Below are positions 27,657 through 37,190 of a DNA stretch of 64,000 nucleotides, one piece after another (within the stretch, counting starts at the first letter, position 1; each line of letters opens with the position of its first letter). The DNA is taken from NCBI GenBank assembly GCA_043817235.1, contig JBDRHA010000007.1:9212-73211 (forward strand). Reading direction: 5' to 3'. Below the pieces are notes generated by a model, which had not been told where the DNA came from, did not search any database, and saw only the letters and a program-made list of their open reading frames with translations. The stretch is from Candidatus Shapirobacteria bacterium (GTDB lineage Bacteria; Patescibacteriota; Microgenomatia; UBA12405; BS750m-G30). A program made the position numbers and the translations under genes.

Positions 27657-28814
27657 ATGAATCTTGTTAAAATCATCAAAAAAAACTGGGTTTTGGGTCT
27701 CTTAGGTGGCGCTTACCTAGTAATTTACCTTTGGCAAAACCAAATAGGCGGTTTTTTAGCCCAAGAATCAATACAAGCTCTTATTGGCGGGGCTATCTAT
27801 CAAGGCTGGCTAGGTTTGGTTGATTATTTATCTGCTCATGTACTATTTTGTCTGGTGCCTGCTTTTTTTATCGCTGGTGCTATTAATAGCCTCATTGACT
27901 CGCAGTCAATCTTAAAATATTTAAGTGGTAAAACTAAAAAATGGCTGGCTTACTTAATTGCTGTTACTGCTGGTTTTTTAATTGAAGTCTGCTCGTGTAC
28001 TATTTTGCCCTTGTTTGCTGGTATCTGGAAAAAAGGAGCTGGTTTAGGTATTGCCATTACTCTTCTCTATGCTGGCCCGGCATTCAATATTGTTACCATT
28101 CTTTTTACTGGTCAAAGAATCGGTTGGGAATTTAGTATTGTCAGATTTATTCTTTCAGTTGTATTTGCTATTTTGGTTGGTTTGATAATGGAGTTTGTCT
28201 TTGGCAATGGCAGAGAAGACGGAAGCCTTCAAGTGACAACTCAAGACACAAATAAGCTTAAAGGTGCTAAAAATGTCTGGTTTTGGGGAACAATGCTGGC
28301 AATATTGGTTGTTGGTACTGCTCCTATCAGTAGTAATTTAAGATACACTTTAATATTCCCTTTGGTGTTTCTTCAGTTGATAATGACTTTTTCCTGGCTG
28401 TCCAAAGAAAAAAGAGGCGCTTGGTGGGATGAAACAATTAAATTTGTCAGCCAGATTGTTCCTTTGCTTTTGGTGGGTGTGTTTTTTGCCGCTACCATCA
28501 CTCACCTTATCCCTAAAGAACAGTTTCAAGCGCTAGCCAGTCAGAATAATTTATTAACCAATTTCATTGCCGTCATGTTTGGGACTTTAGCTTATTTCCC
28601 CGCTTTAGTGGAGGTGCCTATTGCTGAAAACTTTATGAAGCTGGGAATGAACAAGGGGCCTTTAATGGCGTATATGCTGGCTGACCCGGTGCTTTCTTTG
28701 CAAGGACTATTGGTTATTAGAAAGTTAATCGGTACTAAAAAAATGTTAGTCTATGTGGTTTCAATCGTAGTCTTAACAACTCTAGCTGGTTATTTTTACG
28801 GCTTTGTAGGTTAA
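27657..28814 (+). CDS. Permease with a conserved CxC motif (DUF318/ArsP-like).
   Basis: Multi-TM. EVCSCTILPLFAG. Confidence 0.5.
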   Translation: MNLVKIIKKNWVLGLLGGAYLVIYLWQNQIGGFLAQESIQALIGGAIYQGWLGLVDYLSAHVLFCLVPAFFIAGAINSLIDSQSILKYLSGKTKKWLAYLIAVTAGFLIEVCSCTILPLFAGIWKKGAGLGIAITLLYAGPAFNIVTILFTGQRIGWEFSIVRFILSVVFAILVGLIMEFVFGNGREDGSLQVTTQDTNKLKGAKNVWFWGTMLAILVVGTAPISSNLRYTLIFPLVFLQLIMTFSWLSKEKRGAWWDETIKFVSQIVPLLLVGVFFAATITHLIPKEQFQALASQNNLLTNFIAVMFGTLAYFPALVEVPIAENFMKLGMNKGPLMAYMLADPVLSLQGLLVIRKLIGTKKMLVYVVSIVVLTTLAGYFYGFVG

Positions 28815-29339
28815 ATGAATATGAATAAAAAGACCATTATTTCTATTGGCGCAATCTTATTAACAATCATTTTGCTTTTTAGTTTCAAAAACTCATCTAA
28901 TAAAGAAGTTAAAAGTTCTTCTGCGTTAAGCCAAACTTCACCTGTTTCAATCGAGTCTCAAGAAGAAAATAATTCCTCTTTAGTGAGTCAACAAGCACTA
29001 CCTGCTGACAAAATTGAAGTTATTCATTTCCATGGCACTCATCAATGCTGGTCTTGTATTACTGTTGGTGAGTATGCCCTCCAAACGATTAAAGATAAAT
29101 TCCCAGAAGAATATCAATCAGGAAAAATAGTCTTCAAGGACATAAATGGTGAGTTGCCAGAAAACAAAGAGATTGTCATCAAATATCAAGCTCGTGGTTC
29201 CTCATTGTTTATTAATGCCATTAGAGGTGAAAAAGACAATATTTCAGAGGATACAACTGTTTGGCGATTGATTAGTGATGAGGATGGATTTGTTACTTAT
29301 CTAGAGAAAAAGATTAATAAGTTACTGGGAGATGTTTAG
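28815..29339 (+). CDS. Membrane-anchored CxxC protein, hypothetical.
   Basis: An N-terminal TM anchor. HGTHQCWSC. Confidence 0.3.
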   Translation: MNMNKKTIISIGAILLTIILLFSFKNSSNKEVKSSSALSQTSPVSIESQEENNSSLVSQQALPADKIEVIHFHGTHQCWSCITVGEYALQTIKDKFPEEYQSGKIVFKDINGELPENKEIVIKYQARGSSLFINAIRGEKDNISEDTTVWRLISDEDGFVTYLEKKINKLLGDV

Positions 29340-29657
29340 ATGAACAATAATAAGACCAAGAGTTGGAATGGAATTCCTCGGGAAAAGATCAACTGGCATC
29401 CAACTATTGATAAAACAAAATGTATCCAGTGTTTATCCTGTGTGGCCTTTTGTAAACAAGGCGTATATACCGAAGAGGATGGTCAACCCAAAGTTGTTAA
29501 TCCACTTAATTGTGTGGTGGGTTGTACTGGTTGTCAGAAAACTTGTCCAGTAAAGGCAATAAGCCATCCATTCAAAGAATATTTACTTAAATTGACAGGG
29601 CAGTCAAATATTGAGGCTGGTTGTAGTTCTGCAACAAAATCTTGCTGTACAAAATAA
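29340..29657 (+). CDS. 4Fe-4S dicluster ferredoxin-like protein.
   Basis: CIQCLSCVAFC and CVVGCTGCQKTCP. Confidence 0.55.
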   Translation: MNNNKTKSWNGIPREKINWHPTIDKTKCIQCLSCVAFCKQGVYTEEDGQPKVVNPLNCVVGCTGCQKTCPVKAISHPFKEYLLKLTGQSNIEAGCSSATKSCCTK

Positions 29658-29658
29658 T

Positions 29659-30381
29659 ATGAACGCTATAAACCAAATAATAGATGCTTATAACATACCA
29701 ATCCTGACAGCTTTTTTGGTAGGTATTCTCACCTCAATTAGTCCTTGTCCGTTAGCGACTAATATTACTGCCATTGCCTTTATTTCCAAGGACATTAAAA
29801 CCCCTAAACATACTCTCCTGAATGGTCTGTTTTATACCCTTGGTCGGGGCATCAGCTACACGGTATTATCAGCCCTCATATACCTGGGGTTATCTTCCTT
29901 TCAGATCTCCAGAATCTTTCAGGGATGGGGTGACAAGGTACTGGGACCAATCCTCATCCTGATTGGTCTGGTTATGCTTGACGTCATTAAACTGAACTTC
30001 AAAACACAGAGTGAGCAGGTGGAAAAACTGAAAGTGTGGTTATCAACCAAGGGCTATTTGGGAGCCTTACTGCTAGGCATGCTATTTGCTCTAGCCTTTT
30101 GTCCTTACAGCGGAGTGTTGTTCTTTGGAGTCCTAATCCCGCTTATTATGAAATCAACCGAGGGTGTGCTTTTGGCTCCTCTATTTGCTTTAGGGACGGG
30201 GCTACCGGTCATTGTCTTCTCCTTTATCATTGCTTTCAGTATGCAGAAAATGAGTCAAGCGTTTGCGATTGTTTCAAAAGTGGAGAAAGCCACTCGCATT
30301 GTAGTGGCAAGTACTTTTATCTTAGTCGGACTCTATTACACCCAATACTTGATAAAATATTTAATAGATACCGTTTTATGA
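29659..30381 (+). CDS. ccdA: CcdA/DsbD-family transmembrane thiol-disulfide transporter.
   Basis: SPCPL in TM1 and a second Cys in CPYSG. Six TM helices. Confidence 0.6.
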   Translation: MNAINQIIDAYNIPILTAFLVGILTSISPCPLATNITAIAFISKDIKTPKHTLLNGLFYTLGRGISYTVLSALIYLGLSSFQISRIFQGWGDKVLGPILILIGLVMLDVIKLNFKTQSEQVEKLKVWLSTKGYLGALLLGMLFALAFCPYSGVLFFGVLIPLIMKSTEGVLLAPLFALGTGLPVIVFSFIIAFSMQKMSQAFAIVSKVEKATRIVVASTFILVGLYYTQYLIKYLIDTVL

Positions 30382-30854
30382 AACAAACAGCAATTACCGG
30401 CATAATTATTATCGTTATCGTAGGACTACTATCTATTATTGTCTGGGGAAGCAGGAGTAATCAAGCAGTTTCAACTGAACCAACACAAAACGAACAGGCG
30501 TCTGTCAGTGAATCTCCAATTACTGTTGCCTCTGATGCACTCATTTTCTTTTACGGTAACACATGCCCGCATTGTGAAGACGTCGAGGAGTGGATGACTG
30601 AAAACAAAATTGAGGAAAAGATTCAGATTGTGAAGAAAGAAGTCTACGATAATCACGCCAATTCCTTGGAATTGACTCAGGCAGCTAAAAGCTGCAGCCT
30701 ACCGACTGACAGCATTGGCGTGCCATTTTTGTACACACCAGAGGGAGAATGTTCGATCGGGACTCCGGATATCACAGCCTATTTAATAAGCCAAGTCAAG
30801 GCATTAGAGCAAAGTTCTGATACCAATGAATCAGGAGAAAGGAGTCAGGAATGA
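30378..30854 (+). CDS. Membrane-anchored thioredoxin/glutaredoxin-like oxidoreductase.
   Basis: An N-terminal TM helix. CPHC active site (YGNTCPHCEDV). Confidence 0.5.
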   Translation: MKQTAITGIIIIVIVGLLSIIVWGSRSNQAVSTEPTQNEQASVSESPITVASDALIFFYGNTCPHCEDVEEWMTENKIEEKIQIVKKEVYDNHANSLELTQAAKSCSLPTDSIGVPFLYTPEGECSIGTPDITAYLISQVKALEQSSDTNESGERSQE

Positions 30855-31351
30855 GTATCTTTATGGCCTTGTTGTTTTTATTGGTCTTAGCTTTTCCCAC
30901 ACCAGCCCATGCCGTCTGTCCAGTTTGTACGGTGGCGGTAGCAGGAGGATTGGGTATCTCCCGGTGGTTGGGTATTGATGATGCCGTGACCGGAGTTTGG
31001 ATTGGTGGGTTGATTCTGTCCAGCGGCTTATGGTTGGCTGACTGGATAGGTAAGAAAGGTTGGAGAGTGCCGTTTAAAGAGTTGATATCCATAATCCTTT
31101 TTTACCTGTTTGTGATTCCACCCTTGTACTGGGCAAAGATGATTGGTTTGCCTGGTAACAACCTTTGGGGGGTCGATAAAATTGTTCTGGGTACAATAAT
31201 TGGCTCAATTCTATTTATGTGTGGAGTATGGTTGGACAAATGGTTTAGAACTACCAATGAAGGGAAGGTCTACGTCTATTACCAGAAAGTCATTGCTCCA
31301 ATGTTTTTACTGACACTTGGGAGCTTTGTCTTGTATTTAATTACCAATTAA
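30851..31351 (+). CDS. Membrane protein, hypothetical (CPVC motif after the signal sequence).
   Basis: Hydrophobic. 166 aa. Confidence 0.3.
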   Translation: MSIFMALLFLLVLAFPTPAHAVCPVCTVAVAGGLGISRWLGIDDAVTGVWIGGLILSSGLWLADWIGKKGWRVPFKELISIILFYLFVIPPLYWAKMIGLPGNNLWGVDKIVLGTIIGSILFMCGVWLDKWFRTTNEGKVYVYYQKVIAPMFLLTLGSFVLYLITN

Positions 31352-31356
31352 AGGAG

Positions 31357-31926
31357 GTGAAAACTATGAAAAACAACAAACCAGTTCAGCCTGATATCAA
31401 CGAATTTATGGACAAGGTTAAAAAGATGGAGAAGGGCGAAAAACTTGACCTTTCATCTGATGAAGACTTGTCAGTCGCCATCATGAATCTAATTTCGTTG
31501 GAGGAGCATTTCTTTTTCACCTATAACAAAACTGGTGATGCCAAATATCTTGACCTTCTGAACGAGATTCGTGAGATGCGGAAAAGCTCTCTCAAACGAA
31601 TTATCAAGGACTACGAAGGTGAAGTTTGGTGCATCAGCAAACATCTGCTGGCAGCTTCGATGCGATTTATGGAAGTCGGAACCAAGGCCTTAACCAAGGG
31701 TGATAAAGGCGATGCTGAGGATATGTTCCAAAAGTCCTATCAGCTGTATAGCTTGTTCTGGGGGTTAAACCTGGGTTTGGTTAAAACCGATGACGTTAAA
31801 CAAACCAATTCTCAAGAAGTTGCTTTTGTTAGCGATGATCCCAAACCAAAGCAAATAGGCTCAACCAGTCTCTTTGCCAAACTCGGGGAGGTAGTAAAGA
31901 AAGCGATTGATTGCTGCAAAGAATAA
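31357..31926 (+). CDS. Hypothetical protein.
   Basis: An ORF with an upstream AGGAGG RBS (aaaggaggtgaaaact ATG). Confidence 0.35.
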   Translation: MKTMKNNKPVQPDINEFMDKVKKMEKGEKLDLSSDEDLSVAIMNLISLEEHFFFTYNKTGDAKYLDLLNEIREMRKSSLKRIIKDYEGEVWCISKHLLAASMRFMEVGTKALTKGDKGDAEDMFQKSYQLYSLFWGLNLGLVKTDDVKQTNSQEVAFVSDDPKPKQIGSTSLFAKLGEVVKKAIDCCKE

Positions 31927-32330
31927 GTTTTTGATATTTCTACATACTTTCAGGGATATTAAGCATGATTTTCGCAACAGGCATAAGAAGCGAATGCTTA
32001 ACGGTTTACCTGTGATTTTCACTCAAATTATAACTTTTAGTCATCTAGCTAAGTGGCAGTACTACGCCTAAGAGAGTACGGTCATAAAGAACCTTGCGAA
32101 TCGTGCTAGGGCAAAGTTTTAAAGCTAGACTTCCGAAAACCCTTGCGGTACCTTGACCGCAGTGAAAAGAGAAAAAACCAAGAATCCATACATTCTGCTT
32201 CTCAAAAGGTGCGAAAACTATTTTTACAAATACCTCCTAACCCACGACAAAATCTACATTGATCGCTTTTTTTCCACCAGTAAACGACTAAAGAACAAGC
32301 TAAGGAGAGAATAATATGATGGTTTATTGT

Positions 32331-32384
32331 GCTAACTGTTGCTTAGCAAGTAGGTTGATAATATAATCGTGTTACGCTAACCCA
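32331..32384. promoter_or_regulatory. Two more copies of the GCTAAC-N5-GTTAGC dyad (one of them perfect) upstream of 32417.
   Basis: gctaactgttgcttagc and gctaacccacagttagc. Confidence 0.4.
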
Positions 32385-32416
32385 CAGTTAGCATGGTTAA
32401 GTAATAAACAAACACG

Positions 32417-33007
32417 ATGAAAGCCAAACTAGGCGCGATTAATGTAAAACGCAAAAGCGGAGCTGAACTCTTTCTTCAAGATAATGGAAATTTAAACTTT
32501 TCATTACTTGATTATTGGCAATGGGCCAATTCTGATTTAATCAATAACACCACCAGAGGGATATTGGCAGAATTCATCGTAGCCAGCGCCCTTGGAATAA
32601 CTAAAGGAGTCAGAAAAGAGTGGGATTCCTTTGACTTAAAATACAAAAATCTCAAGATCGAAATAAAATCCTCGGCATACATCCAAAGTTGGCATCAATC
32701 AAAATACTCAAACCTAACATTTGGAATACAACCCACTCTTGCTTGGAACCCAGATACAAACAAATATAGCCAGGTAACCACAAGACAGTCAGACATCTAT
32801 GTTTTTTGTGTGCTAAGCAGTAAAAACAAAAGAACAGTAAATCCACTAAATCTTGACCAATGGGACTTTTATATAATCCAGACAAAAGTGCTAAATGACA
32901 AAAAAAGGAATCAGAAAGCGATTTCCCTTTCCAGCCTGGTGAGATTAAATCCCAATAAAGCCAAATTCAATGATATTAAAAAGAACATAGATGTATTAAC
33001 AAAATGA
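32417..33007 (+). CDS. Hypothetical protein, possibly PD-(D/E)XK nuclease-like.
   Basis: D...EIK pattern (FDLKYKNLKIEIKSS). Otherwise unrecognised. Confidence 0.3.
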   Translation: MKAKLGAINVKRKSGAELFLQDNGNLNFSLLDYWQWANSDLINNTTRGILAEFIVASALGITKGVRKEWDSFDLKYKNLKIEIKSSAYIQSWHQSKYSNLTFGIQPTLAWNPDTNKYSQVTTRQSDIYVFCVLSSKNKRTVNPLNLDQWDFYIIQTKVLNDKKRNQKAISLSSLVRLNPNKAKFNDIKKNIDVLTK

Positions 33008-33063
33008 TAATACTCGACTGTAGGGTGTAATCATGTTCGTCGTCACAACGGTTTACTTTTAAA

Positions 33064-33092
33064 TTGAAATTTCTTCACGATTTTTGTATGAT
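33064..33092 (+). promoter_or_regulatory. Candidate sigma70 promoter TTGAAA-17-TATGAT upstream of the HTH/RM genes.
   Basis: Direct reading of the sequence. Confidence 0.35.
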
Positions 33093-33103
33093 ATTGATAT
33101 AAA

Positions 33104-33286
33104 ATGGTAAGTAAGTTTATGGAAGAACTGCTAACTCTTAAAGAAACAGCTCAAATCCTCAAAGTCCACCCAAACACACTAAGACTGTGGGACAATAATG
33201 GCGTGCTTAAAGCAGTGCGGATTGGAGTGAAAAAGATAAGAAAATACAGAAAAAAAGATATTGAAAACTTTATAAACAAAAAATAG
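33104..33286 (+). CDS. Excisionase/MerR-like HTH DNA-binding protein.
   Basis: LLTLKETAQILKVHPNTLRLWDNNGVLKAVRIG. Confidence 0.5.
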   Translation: MVSKFMEELLTLKETAQILKVHPNTLRLWDNNGVLKAVRIGVKKIRKYRKKDIENFINKK

Positions 33287-33288
33287 TC

Positions 33289-34878
33289 ATGACAAAAACT
33301 GATAAAAAATTACACGAAAAGCTATGGGCATCTGCTCAACAACTTAGAGCAAATAGCAGTCTCAAACTTAACGAAATATCAGAACCTATTCTTGGGCTTA
33401 TTTTTTTGAAATTTGCAGATGTTCGATTTCAAAAAGCAAAAAAAGATGTTGAAGCTGAGCGATCTAATGTATTACGAGATTCAGGCTCTTCAAGAGTCAG
33501 ACCTTTAGCTCCCGAAGACTTCAAAGCAAAGGGCATCCTGTATGTTCCCGAGGCATCTGGATACAAGTACTTAATGTCTCTTCCAGAAAATGAAAATATT
33601 GGAAAGGCTATAAACAAGGCCATGGAAGAAATTGAAGAAGCAAACAAAGACCTAGCTGGTGTGCTTCCACAAAATTACACATCACTTGTTAAAAATGCCA
33701 ATAAAAATAATAAGCTACTTTTAACGCTACTTAAAAGTTTTAATCAAATACCTGACGATATAAAAGGAGATGCTTTTGGTGGGATTTACGAATTTTTCTT
33801 AGGACAATTTGCCCTAGCAGAAGGTAGAAATGGAGGAGAATTTTTTACTGCACAACCAATTGTAAAATTACTGGTTGAAGTGATAGAGCCCTATAAAGGT
33901 AGGATTTACGATCCAGCGTGTGGTAGTGGTGGAATGTTTGTGCAATCTGCAAATTTTGTGCAACGACACAAAGATTACAACTCTCAAGTAATGGATAAAA
34001 TAACCATTTATGGTCAGGAAAAAACATCCAGCACAGTCAACATTGCCAAAATGAATCTAGCCATCCATGGGCTCTCTGGAAAGATTGTGCAAGCTAACTC
34101 TTATTACGAGAATCCATTTAACAGCACTGGTAGATTTGATTTTGTGCTGGCTAATCCTCCTTTTAATGTTAGTGGAGTTGATAAAAATAAACAAATCGTT
34201 ATTGATCCCAAAAAGATCGAGGGAGATAGGCGTTTTGAGCTAGGATTACCCCTAACTCAAAAAGGTGATGTTACTAATGCCAATTACCTTTGGGCTCAAG
34301 TATTTGCTAATTCTTTAAATAGCAAAGGTCGAGCTGGTTTTATTATGGCTAACTCAGCCAGCGATGCTAATTATGCTGAAAAAGACATCAGAATAAAGTT
34401 AATCGAAGAGGATCTGGTAGACGTAATGATTGCTGTAGGGTCAAACATGTTTTTGAATGTCACACTTTCCTGCACTCTCTGGTTTTTTGATAAAGATAAA
34501 AAGAATTCCAGTAGAAAAGGAAAAACCTTATTTATAAATGCCCAAGACATTTACACCCCAATCGATCGGGCACATAATACTTGGACTGAAGAACAAATTA
34601 AGGGAATCGCTGACATAGTTAAAAGATATCGAGGAGAAACGGGCTTCGGTAAATATGAGGACATTAAGGGTAGGTGCAAGGTGGCTAGCCTTGAAGAAAT
34701 CAAAGCAAATAATTATTCTCTCAACTCCGGAAGGTATGTAGAAATAAAGGAAAAAGATGTAGATAATGTGGATTTTGAAACTCGGATGAAAGAGTTGATG
34801 AGCGAGTTTACTATCCTAACTCAAAAAGCGCATAAATTGGAAGATAAAATCTCTAAAGACTGGAAAAAAATATTATGA
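33289..34878 (+). CDS. hsdM: Type I restriction-modification system, methyltransferase subunit.
   Basis: GEFFTAQ is motif X. DPACGSGG is motif I. LANPPFN is motif IV. Confidence 0.9.
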   Translation: MTKTDKKLHEKLWASAQQLRANSSLKLNEISEPILGLIFLKFADVRFQKAKKDVEAERSNVLRDSGSSRVRPLAPEDFKAKGILYVPEASGYKYLMSLPENENIGKAINKAMEEIEEANKDLAGVLPQNYTSLVKNANKNNKLLLTLLKSFNQIPDDIKGDAFGGIYEFFLGQFALAEGRNGGEFFTAQPIVKLLVEVIEPYKGRIYDPACGSGGMFVQSANFVQRHKDYNSQVMDKITIYGQEKTSSTVNIAKMNLAIHGLSGKIVQANSYYENPFNSTGRFDFVLANPPFNVSGVDKNKQIVIDPKKIEGDRRFELGLPLTQKGDVTNANYLWAQVFANSLNSKGRAGFIMANSASDANYAEKDIRIKLIEEDLVDVMIAVGSNMFLNVTLSCTLWFFDKDKKNSSRKGKTLFINAQDIYTPIDRAHNTWTEEQIKGIADIVKRYRGETGFGKYEDIKGRCKVASLEEIKANNYSLNSGRYVEIKEKDVDNVDFETRMKELMSEFTILTQKAHKLEDKISKDWKKIL

Positions 34879-36107
34879 ATGGATGGAACAAAGTATCGCT
34901 ATCTGAATTAGGAAAGGTTTCAAGAGGGAAATCAAAACATCGTCCGCGAAATGATCCTAAGCTATATGGTGGAAACTACCCCTTTATCCAAACTGCAGAC
35001 GTCAAAAATGCTAATTTTTATATAGATAGTTATTCTCAAACATACAACGAGTACGGATTGAAACAAAGCAAGCTTTGGGATAAGGATACTCTTTGTATAA
35101 CAATCGCTGCTAACATTGCCGAGTCAGCACTTTTAAATTTCCCCGCTTGTTTCCCCGATAGCATAGTCGGATTTCTCCCACAAGAAGGAAAATCTGATGT
35201 TCGATATGTCAAATACATGTTGGATAACTACAAATCTGAGTTTCAAAAGAGGTCAAAAGGGGCTACTCAGGATAACCTAAGTGTTAGTAAAATTAACTCC
35301 CTTAAAATGTCAGTTCCTCCCCATTCTTATCAAGTTCAAATTGCAGATATAATTTCCACCTACGATACCCTTATCGACAATAATCAAAAACGCATTAAAA
35401 TTTTAGAAGAAATGGCTCAAAGGTTATACACAGAGTGGTTTGTAAAGTTTAAGTTTCCAGAGCATGAAAAAGTAAAAATGGTTGATAGTAGTACTAAGCA
35501 TGGAAAGATCCCTGAGAGGTGGGAGGTAAAGAAGCTAGCTAATCTGATTAATCCTCAATATGGTCTTACAACTTCAACAGTTACCATAGAGAGAAGTTAC
35601 AAATTCCTCAGGGGAACAGATATAAATAAAAACAGTTATATAGATTGGCGGTTTGTGCCTTATTGTGACGTGTCCGAAGAAAAGATGAATAAATACAAGA
35701 TAAGTGTTGGAGATGTATTTATTATTAGGATGGCAGATCCAGGAAAAATTGGGATATGTGAGACAAATGTAAACGCAATATTTGCTTCGTACCTTATGAG
35801 ATTAAATATTGGAAAGTCTCTCACTCCTTATTATCTTTATTATTTTTTAAAATCAGATAAATATCAGAACTTCATACTTGGGAGCAGTACGGGAACGACT
35901 CGCAAAAGTATCAATTCAAAACAAGTGGCAAACATAGAAATTGTAATCCCTAGTGATAAAATCATGTCTAAATTTGAAGAAAACATTTCGCTTTTAAGAA
36001 GTCAGCTAACTAGTTTACTAAGTAGTATTGGAGTTTTTTCCCGGATGAGAGATTTACTTATAGAAAATTTAATTACTGGGAAAAGAGTCTTGAAAGAAGA
36101 AATATGA
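34875..36107 (+). CDS. hsdS: Type I RM specificity subunit (two TRDs).
   Basis: Its position overlaps the hsdM stop. There are conserved coiled repeats between the two target-recognition domains. Confidence 0.8.
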   Translation: MNGWNKVSLSELGKVSRGKSKHRPRNDPKLYGGNYPFIQTADVKNANFYIDSYSQTYNEYGLKQSKLWDKDTLCITIAANIAESALLNFPACFPDSIVGFLPQEGKSDVRYVKYMLDNYKSEFQKRSKGATQDNLSVSKINSLKMSVPPHSYQVQIADIISTYDTLIDNNQKRIKILEEMAQRLYTEWFVKFKFPEHEKVKMVDSSTKHGKIPERWEVKKLANLINPQYGLTTSTVTIERSYKFLRGTDINKNSYIDWRFVPYCDVSEEKMNKYKISVGDVFIIRMADPGKIGICETNVNAIFASYLMRLNIGKSLTPYYLYYFLKSDKYQNFILGSSTGTTRKSINSKQVANIEIVIPSDKIMSKFEENISLLRSQLTSLLSSIGVFSRMRDLLIENLITGKRVLKEEI

Positions 36108-37186
36108 ATAAAAGCACATACTTTGACTTAACGAATCAAGATATTGAAAATCTCAGAATTGAGAGAGTTGACAACTTTGATTGTGAGCTGAAAGACGATA
36201 GTCAAATTTACGATGGATTTATTATTGCAAAAAGCCCAACTGGAAGTGTTCTGACAGTCTGTGATTCTAGTTTTCATAAATCAGACACTGATGATAAATA
36301 TCAACCACGCTTAATATTTAGAAAATCTAATGAAAATTTTGAAAACAAAACTACTAGATCTGACGCAACACATATTAGAATTCCTTTTCTCACAGGTCAA
36401 GACGGCTATCGAGAATTCTGGAAGATGATTTCATTCTTATACAGGTTTAAAGACCTAATTGATGTAGGTCATTTTGAAGACAGCTTTCAAGTAGTGGTCA
36501 CAGATCAAAACAGTGCTCATTATATTTCTGAACTTTTAGAGAAAGGTTACTCCAAAGGTGTATGGCAAGCTTTAGTTGAAGTAGATCCGGATTTAGCCAC
36601 TAAGCTTTCTTTGTCTAGAATTTATGAATCTAGAAAATCAGTAATAGAAGAAATGAAAACTAAAATTAGCCAAGATGAAAATGAAGAATACTGGCAAAAG
36701 TTACTAGCAAAAAATAGGTGGATTTTTGGAAATAGCTATATAGGAATTATAGGCGAGAGAAGAACTAACATATCCTCAACACTAGACCATCCTCTCATTA
36801 CTGAAGATGGTTATCTTGAAATAGTTGAAATCAAAAAACCAAGTTTCTCATTCTGGAAGCTAAAAACAAACGGAGAACAATATTTATATAGAGATAAATA
36901 CTTAGTTCCTCACCAAGAATTGCAAAATGCGATAACACAAGGTTCGAATTATATATTTGAAACTGAGAAGGAAATGGACAGAAAATCATGGGCAGAAAGC
37001 CATGATGGAATATATCCACTAAAACCAAAGTGTTTAATTATTCATGGCAGATCAAACGACTGGGGGGATAACGAGTCTCAATCTTACAGATTACTAAATG
37101 ACAGGCTTCATGGAGTATCAATAATCACTTTTGACCATTTGATTTTAAGGGCAAAACAAACTTTAGAACTATTTAAACCAGAATAA
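36104..37186 (+). CDS. Shedu/DUF4263-like protein with a C-terminal PD-(D/E)XK nuclease domain, embedded between hsdS and hsdR.
   Basis: C-terminal HPLITEDGYLEIVEIKKP is a D...E-x-K motif. The N-terminal domain is unrelated to RM subunits. Both junctions overlap the neighbouring genes. Confidence 0.45.
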   Translation: MNKSTYFDLTNQDIENLRIERVDNFDCELKDDSQIYDGFIIAKSPTGSVLTVCDSSFHKSDTDDKYQPRLIFRKSNENFENKTTRSDATHIRIPFLTGQDGYREFWKMISFLYRFKDLIDVGHFEDSFQVVVTDQNSAHYISELLEKGYSKGVWQALVEVDPDLATKLSLSRIYESRKSVIEEMKTKISQDENEEYWQKLLAKNRWIFGNSYIGIIGERRTNISSTLDHPLITEDGYLEIVEIKKPSFSFWKLKTNGEQYLYRDKYLVPHQELQNAITQGSNYIFETEKEMDRKSWAESHDGIYPLKPKCLIIHGRSNDWGDNESQSYRLLNDRLHGVSIITFDHLILRAKQTLELFKPE

Positions 37187-37190
37187 TAAT

